A stretch of 52,578 nt of DNA, counting the filler, from Circinaria calcarea (Eukaryota): assembly GCA_051942165.1 (NCBI GenBank). It is 3 parts of 3 records of this genome, joined end to end, with 100 filler letters (N's around TTAATTAATTAA, not from the genome) between each part and the next. Parts side by side here need not be neighbours in the genome. Positions count along the whole stretch, not along the records: positions 35,126 to 52,578 come from JAVECS010000270.1; 2 more parts are not named here. The stretch is one strand, 5' to 3'. Positions within the stretch are counted from its first letter, which is position 1. Every line of letters begins with the position of its first letter. Below, piece after piece: positions 35,141-48,674 of the stretch. The position numbers and the translations under genes are program-made. Below the pieces are notes generated by a model. The model had not been told where the DNA came from. It saw only the letters and a list, made by a program, of their open reading frames with translations, and ran no database searches.

Positions 35141-36739
35141 CCCCTAATCCAGGGGCTTTCCCAAAAACCCCCCCACCCCCCTACTACAGAGTACAGACAA
35201 TACGGGCTAGAATCCTTCGTGGCATTCATGGGCCCTTGTACAACGCCGCTTTTATCACTGACATGGTATGATACACTTAGTGGCAGAAATACAATTCTGA
35301 TACAGCTGATAGTTCTTGCTTAAGTGCATTATCTTTCACGAGACCACTATTTTTTTCTCTACGCGGTGTTGTAGCAAAGACTCGGGGAAAGTATTAAACG
35401 CTGTTGAGAAATCAGGTAAATACCCTTGTGTTTAACCCTTGTATAATACGTGCATTAGTGAATAATTCTAGTACTCTGTACAGCATGCTTGCGCCATACA
35501 AACCCCCAGTATACCCAGCCCATTCTAATTTCGCGCGCCATGGCTCCACCACCTCTGCCACTTGGCAATACTCCATACTCCGTACGTAGCACGAGGGAAT
35601 CCAAATTCCTCCACGCGTCAAGCCCCCCGGGCGGGGGGGTTGGCCAGGTAGGTATAAGGATGGGAATAATTTCGAATTGTTAAATATTGGAGGCAGCATA
35701 CTATAGGGGCCGAGTTCGGCATGGCATATAGGGGTTCGGCGCAGCACTACTGGCACTAGTAGTAGCGTGTGTTGCAGAGTTTTCCTCTTGGTTTCGCACT
35801 CCCCGAACCATAGAACCTACACACCACAGCGAACACAGCATAGTATAGCCTATGCACATTACACACGAAGTATACCCCTTCTCCACGTGACACCCTGTTG
35901 ACCCTGGATATTTAACACGAATATTTCAAAAAAAAAATTCCGGAACTAATTCAACTACCATTACCATAGCTACGGTAATATGAATTTAATTATATACCCG
36001 TACCTCTTTACTGGTACCCATCTTTAAAATCGATACTACCATAAGCCGAATTTACCACCATAGTGTATCTCCGAGAAAAAGAAAAAAAAGAAAATCCACG
36101 ATAATTAATTTTCGGAATCATCTCATCCGGTTGGGGTTAGGTTTAAAATTTCCTGAATTATAATTCAAATGCCATGCCTAGGTAAGGTAGGATTCTGGGT
36201 TCTCAAGCCCCCCCCCCTCATGGGAGCGGCATTTATGCCATTCAATGTCGCGATGCTGGAGATGCACCATTTAACACGCGATGAGGGGTGTTGATGGCAC
36301 AGTGCACTGGATTTATTCTGGATCATGCAATTGCTAGGAAAACTACTGCTAAGACAACCGGGGGGGAGGACCTTGACGCCTTTTGCCAGCTGTCAAACAC
36401 CGTTTGAAACCCTTCCGCCGTCTTACCGCCTCTCCGCCTCTCCGCTCCAAGGCTCATCTAGATACGCTCCGTGGCCCCATAAGGTACCCCATGCTTACCT
36501 ATACCCTGTCATTCCATCCTTAACTCCAGCTCGTGTCTCGCATTTAGGCCTCAAGTAGCTACTGCATATCTCCGACATGGAGTCCTCTGCTAGGCTGCTA
36601 GATGGATTTCCCAAAATCACGGACATTTAATAGACATCAACGCAGTACTATCGAAAAGCCAGGCCCCACCCCCCGGGCCTATTTCAAGCGGATTCAGAGG
36701 AGAGTCTTTCCTGTCTGCGAACAGCATACATAAGCACTC

Positions 36740-38177
36740 TTATCGAACCTCCCACTCAGTCCTAACATTGATACAGCTCTCTGGCAGCGCCCCGTGCTCC
36801 AGATCAGGTTCTCGAGTGAGCGTTTCGCTCCTAACCTCAGCCCTGTAAGTCGGACTTGGCATGGCAACGATTTCCTCATCGCTACGTAGGGTCTTGCCGG
36901 ACAATGTCTCCTCCTCCTCCACGGGTCCTAGCGCAAACATATTTCCATCGTTCAAGCGCTCGAAATCGCTCATGGAGTGTTTATGACCCGATGCTGCCGG
37001 CATGCCATTTGCTCGTGCAATCTTCTTGCTATTATCCTTGAGTTTACCGCCGCTAAGTTTCGTTCTCAGAAAGCGGGCCGGTACACAGCGATCCCAAAGT
37101 GGACGGAGCACTGGGAGACAAGCGGACGTAATACCGAGGCAAGGCTCAATAATCGAATAAATGTCTGTGCCGAAGGAGGTATAGGTAATGTCCGAGGGGG
37201 AGATGGAGAGTATAGAGGTGATGCGGAGAATGGAAATAATGCAAACTCTATAGTACGGTTAGGAAGGCGGGAAGAACAAAGGGGTTCCACTAGCCTAAGT
37301 GAAGTTATTCTCGGTACGTGGTTGATAGATCACCTACAAGAAGCCGATGCCGAAAACCATCGTGAGGGCAATCCTGGTAACCCGCGGTAGCTGAAGATGC
37401 CAGACCGAGGGAATAGGTAATGACAGAATCGCAACGTCGGTTACGACGTTAATGATTCCCGTGCTGAGCCAGCCTGCATGCTGACTTCCACAGACCGATC
37501 CCACCAGAGGTCTGCATTTAAGGAATGAGAAGAGGAGAGCCCCGATGCAAAATAGTGTAGTGACGACCATGAGACCATAGGCGGCCATGCGAAAGGACCT
37601 GTGTATGAATATCCGCATGTAGAAGAGTAGGAGGGATATCTTTAGAGCCCAGATTGCAATTACCCATGTAACCTGTGCTGCAACGAGACTCTGGACACCT
37701 TATGTCAGTACTCGAACCATTTTCGAAGGGTTCAAAGTAGGGATGTAAATGACAGCAGCGCCTGTAGGAACACACCTTGATAGTCATGGTAATCTGATCG
37801 CGAGTGAGCTCGAAAGCATGGCGTCCTTTGACTCCCAAAGCGAACCCTTGGGTGAATGTTAGAGATAGGCTGGTCAAAAGGAGCAACGGCGAGAAAGCAT
37901 ACCTACTATTCCGGAAATACCGTTGCCATATGCTCCCACCTGAGAAGGATGAGCATTAAGTTTTGCCTGGTGATTGCCGTTGATGGATATTTACCAGAGC
38001 TACGATGATCCAGTAGTCATCTGCTGCCAGCCTCACGCGTTTCACCCTCCTCGAAATGAACCGAAGTACGACTGCGCTCGTAGCAAGAAAGAGGAACACG
38101 ACGTAGACTACAAGTAACTTAAGAGCTCGATTATCATCGCCATATACCGCACTACGACCATGGTAGCGTAGATACAT
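36740..38177 (-). CDS. Pth11-like 7-TM integral membrane protein (fungal rhodopsin-domain GPCR-like, no CFEM); 5 exons
   Basis: VVLRFISRR..LAADDYWIIVAL, KISLLLFYMRIF, NVVTDVAILSLPIPSVWHLQL, CIISILRI and IEPCLGITSACLPVLRPL. Four GT-AG introns join in frame. Confidence 0.9.
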
Positions 38178-39365
38178 CACATCGGTTCGTGTCGGTAATC
38201 GACCGCGATGCAACAGAAGCGAGAACGATGAAGAAATGCGACCGTGTGGATAAATAGGCTACCAAAACCACAGGTCTGCCCGCAATGCAACCCCGTAGAG
38301 CAAGCTGGCACGAAAGATGCGAAACGAACAATGCCTACTCGACATGGCCAATTGCAGCTGGTGCCATAACGGTAGGCTGCACCACAACCGCTCCGCCCCC
38401 AACGTCATCTTGGCCTGTATTCCCCGATGCTGGGGGAATATAAATGGGTGGCAGCACAAGAGACCATCTGCCGGGTCTCTTCCATCAAGAAGGTAGGAAA
38501 TCAATTACGTACGTGATACCCACTCGTGCCTCTCCGCCTAAACCTACCTCGGTCTTGTGCAAGCACACTGTTCGGGGGTGATTGTGGACGTTGGGTGGTC
38601 CAGGAGCTCAGTCGGACGTCGTAAACCATTACGAAACAGGAGGTCGAGCCGAGCCTAGTGGGATTCTAAGCGTTAAAATCACTCGCATGCGGCAGTGACC
38701 GGCCGCAGCTACTGCAGCTCATTTATCCCTTATGGTAACTGTCACACATCACACACACAGCATCCCGTAGGGTTGGTGGGATTTTGTGCAGGGAGATCGC
38801 ATTTCAAACCTCTTCCCCCCGTTACTCCACTGCACACATCTGATGCTTTTGTTGGCCAGTGGACTTATGAGTGACTACTTGTGGTCGTAGGCATAAATAG
38901 ATGTTAGCGTGGTTGCTTTGCAATAATCATAGGAGGCCCCAAACGACAAGTTTTGATTTCATACAAAAAGACGGAATATACACCAGAGGATGTCCTTTAT
39001 ATTACACCTCTTTTTTAAGAGAGTTTACACAGCCTTTGCTGAGTGTACCATACCGGAGTTGGTCGAAACCGGCGCTAACATCTGTTATGCTTGCGACCAC
39101 AGTACGCGGTAGAGAATTCACACTGTGGAATAATGCATGCAGCAAGACGGCATTCAGGAGCTACAATCTGTCATTGCTTTCGCTGGCGGAACATGAGTGC
39201 TAGAGCCGTTTTCTCGCTTTCTGCCATCACCGTTGCTATCTGCCAAATTCCGCCTATCCAACCGCAAAGCAAGGATAGTAGGACTGCCATCTCCCCCAAT
39301 CATTCCCCCCACGTAGATAGCCCCCATGCCCTCTCAACGTCTCTGATCTAGAAGACACCATGCTT

Positions 39366-41328
39366 CTACACCTTGAGCTCACCGTTACGGATGTCTGCCA
39401 TGATGCTCTCTGTAGTCTCGTGCTCTCCAATCCTAATCTCCACCACCTCCGGCTCCGGCCTAGCCATTCGTCCTTCCATAATCATCTTCTCCTCCCTCTG
39501 TCCCGGAAGAGGAATGTAAATGACTTGTCCTTCGCCCGGTGACCCTTCCCAAAACACGTCGTCGCCGTCGCCGTCGCGATGACCCTCAAGGAAATCGTAA
39601 GCCATTCTTGCCTCAGTGTCGCTGTCGATAGTACTCTCCGTCCCGACTGTGGTGCCGTCTGGGTTAGCAAAATCCACGTCGGATATGTTTATGAAGGGGC
39701 TTGCGGGGCGGCGACGTGGCAGCGGAGCCAATGAGGATACGTTCGGGCGACGGCCACGTCCGGTACTGAGATGCGGCTCTCCGCGGACAAGATTCCAGTC
39801 GACAGCCTTGGTCCTAGTGTGACCTTTGTGCTTGGGAGTTAGGCCTGCCTCATGAGGGTCCATGTAAGGGTTCTGCGGTGATTCGGCACGGCCCTTATTC
39901 TTCGATGACGAAGCGATGGTAGGGTCGAGATAACGTGGCTGCCGTGGCTGGCGGAAAGGATTTGTTGACGATTGAGACCTTGGTTCTTGCGAGGATATCA
40001 AGTTGACGCCGTTGGCATTAGTCCTAGTGTGGCCTTTGCGTTTAGTTGGGGCTGGTATTGGATATGCCTCATCGGGGTCCATAACGGGATCTTGCGGAGT
40101 TTCAGTAATCTCCTTTGCCTTGCCCTTTCCCTTGGATGTCGAAGGGACAGGATCGAGATTAGGAGGGTCGTTAAAAGGATTTTGTTGCGATGTAAAGCTT
40201 GCTGGGAGTGAGGAAGCCAGACTGGGATCAATGGCTTTGGTTCTTCGGTGACCCTTGCCCTTTGATGAAGACGGCATAGTGTCGACCTCATGGTGCTTCT
40301 CGGGGGATTTTTGCTGTAACTTGGAGCTGCTTGCTACAGACGACGTTGAGGTCACTGCTGCATCATCGTTTGGACCACAAAGGGACTCTCTAAGACATTG
40401 CCCCTTGTGGAGCAGTTCTTTGGCGTCTTTGGCCGTCGTATTTTCGGGTTGAGCTGGTGTATCGTTTAGATGGGCGGGAGACATCGTGGAAAATTGCCTA
40501 TCAATGAGAGCTTCTCTCAACTCCGCGACAGTCGTGTCTTCACGTTGAGCTGGTAGAGCCATCAATTCAGAAGAGGAGTCTTGGTTATGGCTGCCACTGT
40601 TGAGGTAATCTGTTGCACCAGCAGAAGAAGTCCCCTCCAGCTGCGATGAGTTGTTAGTTGTGGCCATTGAATTTGCAATATGGCCTGCGTCGCTGCGGTG
40701 ATCTCTAGTCTCTTCCACGGACATCTGCTGCGAGCTTGTGAGACACGAGCTTACTGACACTAGTCGATAGGCGTTAGCAAAGGAAGATTGCGTCTGTGGG
40801 TTATAAAGGAGCCATGCCTTTGGTTGGCGTGGTTGTGTTTGTTGCTTTATTTTCAAAGGTTCCTGACAAATTTGTAGTTTTTGTGGCTCGAACGTTGTTC
40901 CCAGCCGCTTCGACTTCCTCAGCCGCCTTACCATCTCCGCCAGCTTCGTCCTCAGCCGCCTTCTCATCTTCACCAACTTCGTCTCCACGATGAAACTTAC
41001 CCCCGCCTGATCCCTGGCTTACTTCTGATACATGCTCATCTATATCACCATCATCATCATTATCCGCATCAACATCATCGCCGTCAGCACCAATATCAGA
41101 GACAGTGGTCGTCGACCACGCAGATTGGGCGTTCTCAGCATCTAACGTAAAAGCATTTTGTCCATTGCCCATTCCCCAAGGATCAGCATCGTTTGCTGCC
41201 TGACTGAGGTTATACTGGCCGTGGGTGTCATATGGTGAAGGATCCCAACTGTATTGTTGGCTATCGACGTCTTCTTGGATTAGACGAGCGATGAGAGCTT
41301 CAGTGGCTGCATCGGCTTCGGCCGACAT
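39366..41328 (-). CDS. Uncharacterised low-complexity protein with internal repeats; 2 exons joined by a GC-AG intron
   Basis: ORF 41328-40801 and ORF 40988-39366 join in frame through AAG|GCATGG (40817) ... GCTAAC ... CTAG| (40760), a 58-nt intron. The nearby GT donors give the wrong phase. Confidence 0.7.
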
Positions 41329-42129
41329 GCTGGGCGATTGGATGCAGAGATATCGAGCCGTAAGAGATAATAAGGAAAGGGAAGTTCTAAACGGTTAATG
41401 GGTCCAATGTAATGATCCTTCGGATTATTACGGGTCCAATGGCTGTAACAAAAGAAGCACGACAAACCAACAGTTCAGGGCCAGAGGACAAGCGGTAGAA
41501 GAGACGATAAAGTGGAAGGTCAATCCGAACAATAAAGGATAAGAATTCAGGAAGTGACCACACTAGGAAAAGAAAGTTTTGCTTTGACCTGCCCCGAATA
41601 TCCACCACCGATGACTTCAACGAATATCGGGAGCGACTGAATGATTCCCTGGTTCAAAAGCCTATTGTGATGATCTATCATTACAACTGGCAGAAACTCC
41701 GAAACGAGCCAAAGGTAGTGAAGGCGGGTCGAATTGGGTTGACGGTGCTGCTGACTCATTCATTGTCAGTAGCTTCAGCCCATTCCTTGCACAAGGCTGA
41801 TTATCTTTTCCTGGAGTTTTATTGTCCAAGTCCCACCACCACAACTCACTTTATCCGTCATTTATTACAATTCCACAACAAAGCTCATCAAGATGTGTTA
41901 GGAAACAGGTATCATTTGCATACTAAAGCCTAGTTCCGGGCCAACCATCGAGCGGCCTTCAAGGAGAACATAGCTGGACTTTACCCATCGAGTCCATAAA
42001 AGCAAACAAGCACCAGATTCAAAGGCAAGCACTTTCAGGTATCACAAAGCACGTTTCGGTTTCTCCAGCATACAGTGAACAGGATATTCTCTCCACGACC
42101 CTGCCTCACATATTCTTACCCTTGATGTT

Positions 42130-44043
42130 TCACAAGTCTATCAAGCTTCCTCCACCCTGAGATTGGCCTTGGTGCTGCTGGGTTCCAAAGGGATTGTTAT
42201 TATGCTGCCCAAAGGGGCTTCCACCAAAGCCGTTGATACCGGCAGGCCCAGTTTGAGCAGGAACAAGTTTGTTAGGTTGCTGTTGCTGAGCACCAAAAGC
42301 ACTGGGTGAGGAAATTTGCTGGGGAGCGCCTGTGAACTGCTGACTGAGGAAAGGATTATTTCCGGTTTGTGCTGCGTGGATCCGGCTTAAGCCGTGTCCA
42401 GCACTATTCACAAAAGTTCCTGGCGCCGTATGCTGCGAGGGGATTCGAGATTCTCCCGTATTACCAAAAGTATCCATACCTTCTCCTGCTGCAAGAAGCG
42501 CGTTCAGGCGTGCATGCTGGGGATTTTCTCCTTTTCGAGGCACTGGAGTAGGCTGTGGCGATGAGAAAGTTGTTATCGGATTGAAGGAAGACTGACTCCC
42601 AAACTGCGTGGCCGTTCTCTGTTCGGCAAGCGAGCTTAGTGTAGGTGGACCGCTCTGCTGTTGCTGGATTTGCGGCCTATTGAAAGATGAGGCAAATGGA
42701 TTATTGGATCCGGTAGGTGTAGGTTTCAAGGCATCGACCTGGGGTTGATGGGCAGAACCCCAAGGATTGTGAGTGCCAGTTTGAGTTGAAGCTAGCGGCT
42801 GCTGCTGAAATTGGCCACCAAAGTCCTGTTGTTGCGCATATGGATTGGTACCGTTAAAAGAAGTCTGTTGTGGCTGAATGGTTTGTTGTGGCTGGAGAAA
42901 ATTAGGCTGTTGCTGCTGAAATTGTGATGGGTCAAATCCAGTTGGCTGAGGCTGAAAGCCATTCTGATATCCCGTCGGCTGACTCTGGATTCCCTGTTGA
43001 GAGTATGCATCGTTGAGGTAGCCTGTTGTTTGAGGTTGTTGAGGCTGCTGATCAACCGGGTTGCCGAACCAATCGACGGCGCCTTGTTGTTGGTACCCTT
43101 GATTATAGCCTGTGTACTGCGGTTGGGTACTTGGTCCCGGAGTATCGTCGAACAAAGAGGATGCGTTACTCTCCTCCAGCTCTCGTCTTCTAAGCTCCTC
43201 TTCTTCTTTACTCAGTCTGATAGCCTTTGCAAGATCGTCATCTTCCGCAGGGGCTATCGCTTTACTTTCCCTCCGCTTCTTGTCTTCCTCTGCTTCGTGT
43301 TTGCTAGCTTCGATTGCGAGTTTGTATTCGATATCATCTTCATCCGCCCGCTGAGCACGTCGTTCAGGCTTACGTCTTTGGCTGCTGGCCTCGGCGCCGG
43401 GAATGCCTGATCCCTGTGGGGCAAACTCCTCGATTCCAGTAACTCTCGATTTCCAGGTTTTGCGATCGGTTCGTTCAGTCCGGAGTCGCTCTTCATCCAT
43501 TATCAATGAGGTGAGTTCCTTGGCAGATACTCGTACTAGGATCGGTTAGCTCCTATATGTATTATAGATCACTGGACATACCATTCTGTCCGACATCTCT
43601 TCCGTCGTCATCCACATATTGGAATTCCCGCAAAGTCTTGATAACGTAGACATTCTTTCGCGCCCAAGTGACGACGAGCTCCGAGCCTTCATGCAAGCAA
43701 TAATCTAGAACCTTTAATGATTTAAGTACATGCCGCCAGTTTTTGCCCTTGTCATTAAGTCGTTTGTCCAGCATGTCCACTATCTCGTAGAATTCATTTG
43801 AGCTATGCAAATTAGCCAGAAGAAGCGGCTGCATCTATGCAATCGACCTACCCGTTGAAGGTCATCTGGGCGATTTCGCTCATTTCAGTTCCGGTAGGGC
43901 CCCACGCATCATTGCTGGTTGCTGTATTGCGAGTTAGTGTCCAGACCCTAATCGAGAACAGCATCCATACCATTGCGGACTTTGACCTGGACACTCGAAT
44001 AGCCCTTTGTGACATTCTTCACCCCTCGAATGACCTTCGACAT
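42130..44043 (-). CDS. ENT1: Epsin (ENTH domain, two UIMs, NPF motifs, clathrin box); multi-exon
   Basis: MSKVIRGVKNVTKGYSSVQVKVRN, ATSNDAWGP, KGKNWRHVLKSLKVLDY, UIMs (YKLAIEASKHE and LAKAIRLSKEE), three NPF motifs and terminal LIDL. Confidence 0.95.
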
Positions 44044-45646
44044 GGCTGCTCGATTTGGCAGCACAGACCCGCAGGACTATCTTGCCAGTCGTAACAATGG
44101 CTGACTTGGAGTAGGTGTCGGGAATTTGGAAGAGGTCTGGAAAGAGAATGGCTTAGGTGTTGAGTCTGACCTCTATGAATAGTGAGCCAGCCTGAGTCAA
44201 GCTGATAGGACTGGTAGGGAAGCCAACGAGGGCGGGCGGAACTCTCTTATGGGGTTGAGTACCCACGCTGCAATAATGGTTCAAGAATGTTAAAGTATGC
44301 TAAGGTGAAGTGGGAGATGGTATGGATTAGTATGGAGCCATATCCGTCTACAGTTTATGGTCATGCGATAGGGCAAACTTGGAGTTGAACGCTGCGCAAT
44401 GTATTACACAGTCGCATTTGGAATATTACCGCCATGACGAGGTCTTGGCAGACTGGTGGCGGATTTTCGCTTACTCTACAGCACGATGCTACCTCTTTCA
44501 CCATTCAAACAAATAGGTATTTCTTCCCCATTGTTGTCGGGAGTCGGTGATCATCTAAAAGAGCGCATGACTACTATGGAGGTCTAATTGCTAAGACGAC
44601 CTGGCTGGGTAGATGTGTATGGGGACGTCGAAGGTTTGATGGCTACTAGATTCACAAAGGGAGACTGCTTTGGAGGAAAGCTTTCTTGCCCGGTGAACGA
44701 TTGGGCTACTTTTGCCATTTCCTGTTATAGAAATCATGGGTTATATGCGGATGCTTCATGCGGATTGGCCAAGAAGGTCTTATAAGCACTGTGTTAATGG
44801 TAGGTACAGTAACATCTGTTACGCATGATGCTCTATCAAATACCACGCAAGCATGCCACCCCTATTTTATCAACATCCAAAAGCAACTTTCCGACCTTCT
44901 ACTACCATAACATACATTAAACGATAGATCAGAAGAGCGGTTGATCTAGAAAAGAGTTCACGAACAGGCCGATGTAGCCTTTGAAGCAAGCGCAGTATGT
45001 CGTGAACGGCCCAGTCTCATTTCATCAGCATTGCTTCCTCGAAGGGAATGACAAGGACGACCGAATTACCCGGGGCCATATACCAGGCAGCAAGTTTCTC
45101 GAAACCCACCAAATCAAAAACTACCTCTAAGCGCGAAGACCACGGCCCGCTCAAACAAGTTCGATGTTGACTTCCCTATTGCCTTCATCGAACTTGTCCA
45201 CCGCCGATGACGGAGAGATCATCCACCTCAGCTTCGATCCCCGCGGCAAAGGAAGACCTTCTTCAACTAGAACCGCAATTCAAAACGCTACATCATGACC
45301 TTGCTCGTTCTGATGACGGTCTTCATGGGCTTGGCCACGACGGCTCCATACGACTGTCGTGAACCTGACTGTCCTGAGCCATCGTGACACTGAGCCACTT
45401 TGCGAAAATGGGCCATTGGGACAGTTGAGCGCTTTTACGATGGTTGGACCCCTTCGGCCCTGGGCCACTGAACCACTGGTTCGAAAATCCTATGACAGTT
45501 AATATAGATGTATGTTTCAGGTCAATTTGGTAGAGTACTGTACCCTGTGGCCATGGGTGGCCGTGCCTTTATCAGGGGTCACTCCCGAGCGCATGGTAGA
45601 AAACTTACAGTACAAGATAGACAAATGAGCAATTTCCGTTATGGAA

Positions 45647-47157
45647 TTAAAACCATGTTGGAATATTAAGTCCCCCTGAAATAAGGTATTCGCTGGCTTT
45701 ATCTTGACAGACCGTTCCTCTTCTCCCTATCCCGTCCCCGTCCCCATCCCCTCCATAATGATCCGCCTCTTCCGCCTCCACTTCCGCATCCTCCTTCGTC
45801 CTCGGCATCCAAGCACGTATCACCCCATCCGAATGCGCAGAGTACAGTTCCACATGTCCGCTCCGCCATGCGAGTGAAGTGACTCGGTGTCTGATATTGC
45901 GCTGTCCTGTACTGCTCTTCGCCTGGGCAACAGCTACTCCTGGCGCGCGAAGCCTCTTGAAAAGCGTACCTTCCAAGGCATCGAACATGAGGATTTCTTT
46001 CTCGTTGGGGTAACACATGATGGGTTTTCCCGGTGGTGTCACGTGTGTTGGTACGAGGAGTGGTAGTAAGGTGGAGAGATGGGAGTTTTTGACTATAGGG
46101 CCGAAATGCGAGAGTGTGTTTGCGCCGGTGGAGGTATCCCAGACTCGGATGCGCTCGTCGTGACCGTTTGTAACAAGGAAGTTGCCGTTGTCGGTCCAGA
46201 CGACTCCGTTGCATGCTCCTATGTGTGCTTTACCGCTGTTTCGCCGTCGCGTATTCTTTCCTATTCCATCTTGACCAAGTATACCGACAGAGTCATCGAG
46301 ATCCAGTACTCCGACATTGCCGGTACTCCGGCGAATATCCCAGAATCGGACAGTACCATCAGAGCCTCCGCTTGCGAGGATGTGGTCATCGCGTGGACTC
46401 CAAGCGACGGATAGCACGGCACCTTGGTGGCCAGCTAGTGAATGCGTGCTTGCTCCCGAACGTAGATCCACAAGCCGGACTGCGGGGTGTTGCGTTGCAC
46501 AAGCTACCAGCAGATGGTCTGCGATGGGAGATAGAGCGTGAGAGTAGACTACGGAGTTGAGGTCGAACGAGGCTGAGACTTGAAGAGTCTCTGTCCCGTA
46601 GATCTTGAGGGTATGGTCGAAGGACGAGGAAAGAAAGGCGAGAGAGTCGAACGGATAGAATGATATGTGGGTGATGCCAAATTTGTGGGTGGAAGAGGAT
46701 CTAAGTAACTAATATAAGCCGTATTTCAATAACAGAGCATGAGTACCATGTACTTCTGGACTTTCCCCACAGGGCGATGTGTGTAGCTTTTTGCTGTGTT
46801 CTCTGCCCCTTCAAGATCCCATAGTGTTATAGATGATTCTGCGCCGCCAGAGAGCATACTACGATGAAACCATCAGTCCCACCAAGCCTCGAACTCAAAG
46901 CAGCACACTCACTATCTGCCTTCGAATTTATCAATCACGAGACAATTCACCCCAGCTCGATGTGCCCAGACATCAGGTCCAACCTCTTCATCCTCACCGT
47001 GGCGGCGACGCTCTTGCGCCGGTCCAATGTCATCACTGCTATCGAATCTAATATTTGGGGCTGCTTGTAGCGCATGGACGAGCCGGGTCGTTTGAACCTG
47101 TTGCAGCGCTTGAGGACCGCTGACACCTAGTGAGCGATTGAGCAGGTAAGAATTCAT
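45647..47157 (-). CDS. RAD28: WD40 DNA excision repair protein CSA/ERCC8 (Rad28/Ckn1); 3 exons
   Basis: AHRAGVNCLVIDKFEGR|YMLSGGAESSITLWDL, HKFGITHISFYPFDSLAFLSSSFDHTLKIY, DLRSGASTHSLAGH and LVTNGHDERIRVWD. The extreme C-terminus is uncertain. Confidence 0.88.
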
Positions 47158-47400
47158 GCATCAGCCAAGAAGCTAAATGCAATTAAATGGCATAATCATC
47201 AACTTGAGTATATTTCCCAAAAGAGGCCAAGCAAGGTCGGTAAGTAGGTGATCGACTCGACGCTCACGTGATACTGGAGTCGCTTCGCCAACTTTCTGTT
47301 GCTATCGTGGTAAAGAACATAGCTACCCTTCATGCAGTGTTTAAGTCCATCTAAATGTATTTAGATAGTCTACTTTCGGGCCCTGATTTTCGAGCATGGG

Positions 47401-48153
47401 ATGTCGAGTAAACTGAGAGAACTGCATACTTCTCAACCGCCTAATGACGGAAGCGAGGACCCGATATTGAATGGAAGTACTTCAAGACGCCAAGCCAACG
47501 TATATGACGCTGTAGCTGGTATGTACGGGAACAATGCTTGAGTATTAAATGTGTCTCTGGTCTAATAATCGACAGGACGTGTTGCATCCAATGGGTTCAT
47601 TCCGCAATCCGCCCTCACGACTACTCATACCGTCTCTGCAAGCACATTAGCAGTACCCCCTGAGGAAGTTCTCTTCCGTCGCAAAACTGCGCCTCAGCGA
47701 TATGAAGAGATTGACTTCTACTGGGCCGAGGGAAAACTGGCTCCTGATTGTCCGCTACCAGATTCGGATCTTCTCAAAGCCATTCATACCTATGCTGCCG
47801 ACTTCTATCACCGTGCGACCATTGACAAAGGACGAGGGGACTATGGGAGTATGGATGAGACGGCTTTATTGGCTCTAGGGATCTTACTGGAAGAAACTGC
47901 CAGGGAGACTCTTGGGACTTCTGGCGATTTTGCCTTTGTCGAGGGCGAAGAACAGGATAATGGCGAAAAACCTGGAGGATCTAACAGTCAGGATCATAGT
48001 GCCAATGACAAGGCCAAGAGTAGAGGTAGAAGCAAAGAGAATGGAATTTCCGAGGACAAGGGGAAGCGGAAGAGAAGGAGACTTGACGCAGAGGGAACAG
48101 AAGGAGTATATGACATCGCGGTCCGCCAACATTATTTGGGTGAACGAATATAA
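47401..48153 (+). CDS. RRN10: RNA polymerase I upstream activation factor subunit Rrn10-like; 2 exons
   Basis: ANVYDAVA|GR, PPEEVLF, LPDSDLLKAIHTYA and SMDETALLALGILLEE. Intron ~47519-47576. Confidence 0.75.
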
Positions 48154-48674
48154 AGGCACATCTACTCAGGATGCACACCTGGGAGCTTGCTGCTCGAAAA
48201 TCTCATCGGGTTACCCTGTGAGCTTACTGTTTTAAGATCCATGAGCACCTTGCTGACTAGGCTAGGTAGAAGAGTTTAAGGTCGGCGATTTAATTCATAG
48301 GGGGTCGATCCCTATCGTGGTATAGGATTTATTGCCAACTTAATGAAAGGGAGATCATCACTGTTGATAGCGAGCAGCTCGCTGAACAGGGAGTGAAGGT
48401 TCTTTCCTATAGAATAGCATTCAGATGGCAAGGATCGACTAATTGATATGATGATCCTTTTTAATGACATTTCATATCTCATTATGATGATTCTGGAGCA
48501 AAGTGCACGTGGACCCAGGGTTTTCTTTCGGCAAAAGCCTTAGGCCCCGCCTTAGCATTTTCTCCATCAACCCTTGTGCTTCATCCTCCCATTGTTCACA
48601 ACAGTCATTGGTCCTGATAGTTCTTGCAATCGCGCCAGATCAGAGGATATCTACTTCTCCTGGAAATACACCCC

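Noticed and set aside
35126..35323. ORF beginning MYKRQ
   Set aside because: It is the translation of the sequencing adapter.
44100..45640. Possible gene relic between epsin and CSA
   Set aside because: Only short ORFs; I found no consistent exon chain or recognisable motif.
48445..48495. Two ATGATGA box-C-like motifs upstream of MND1
   Set aside because: No suitably placed D box or terminal stem; AT-rich promoter context.
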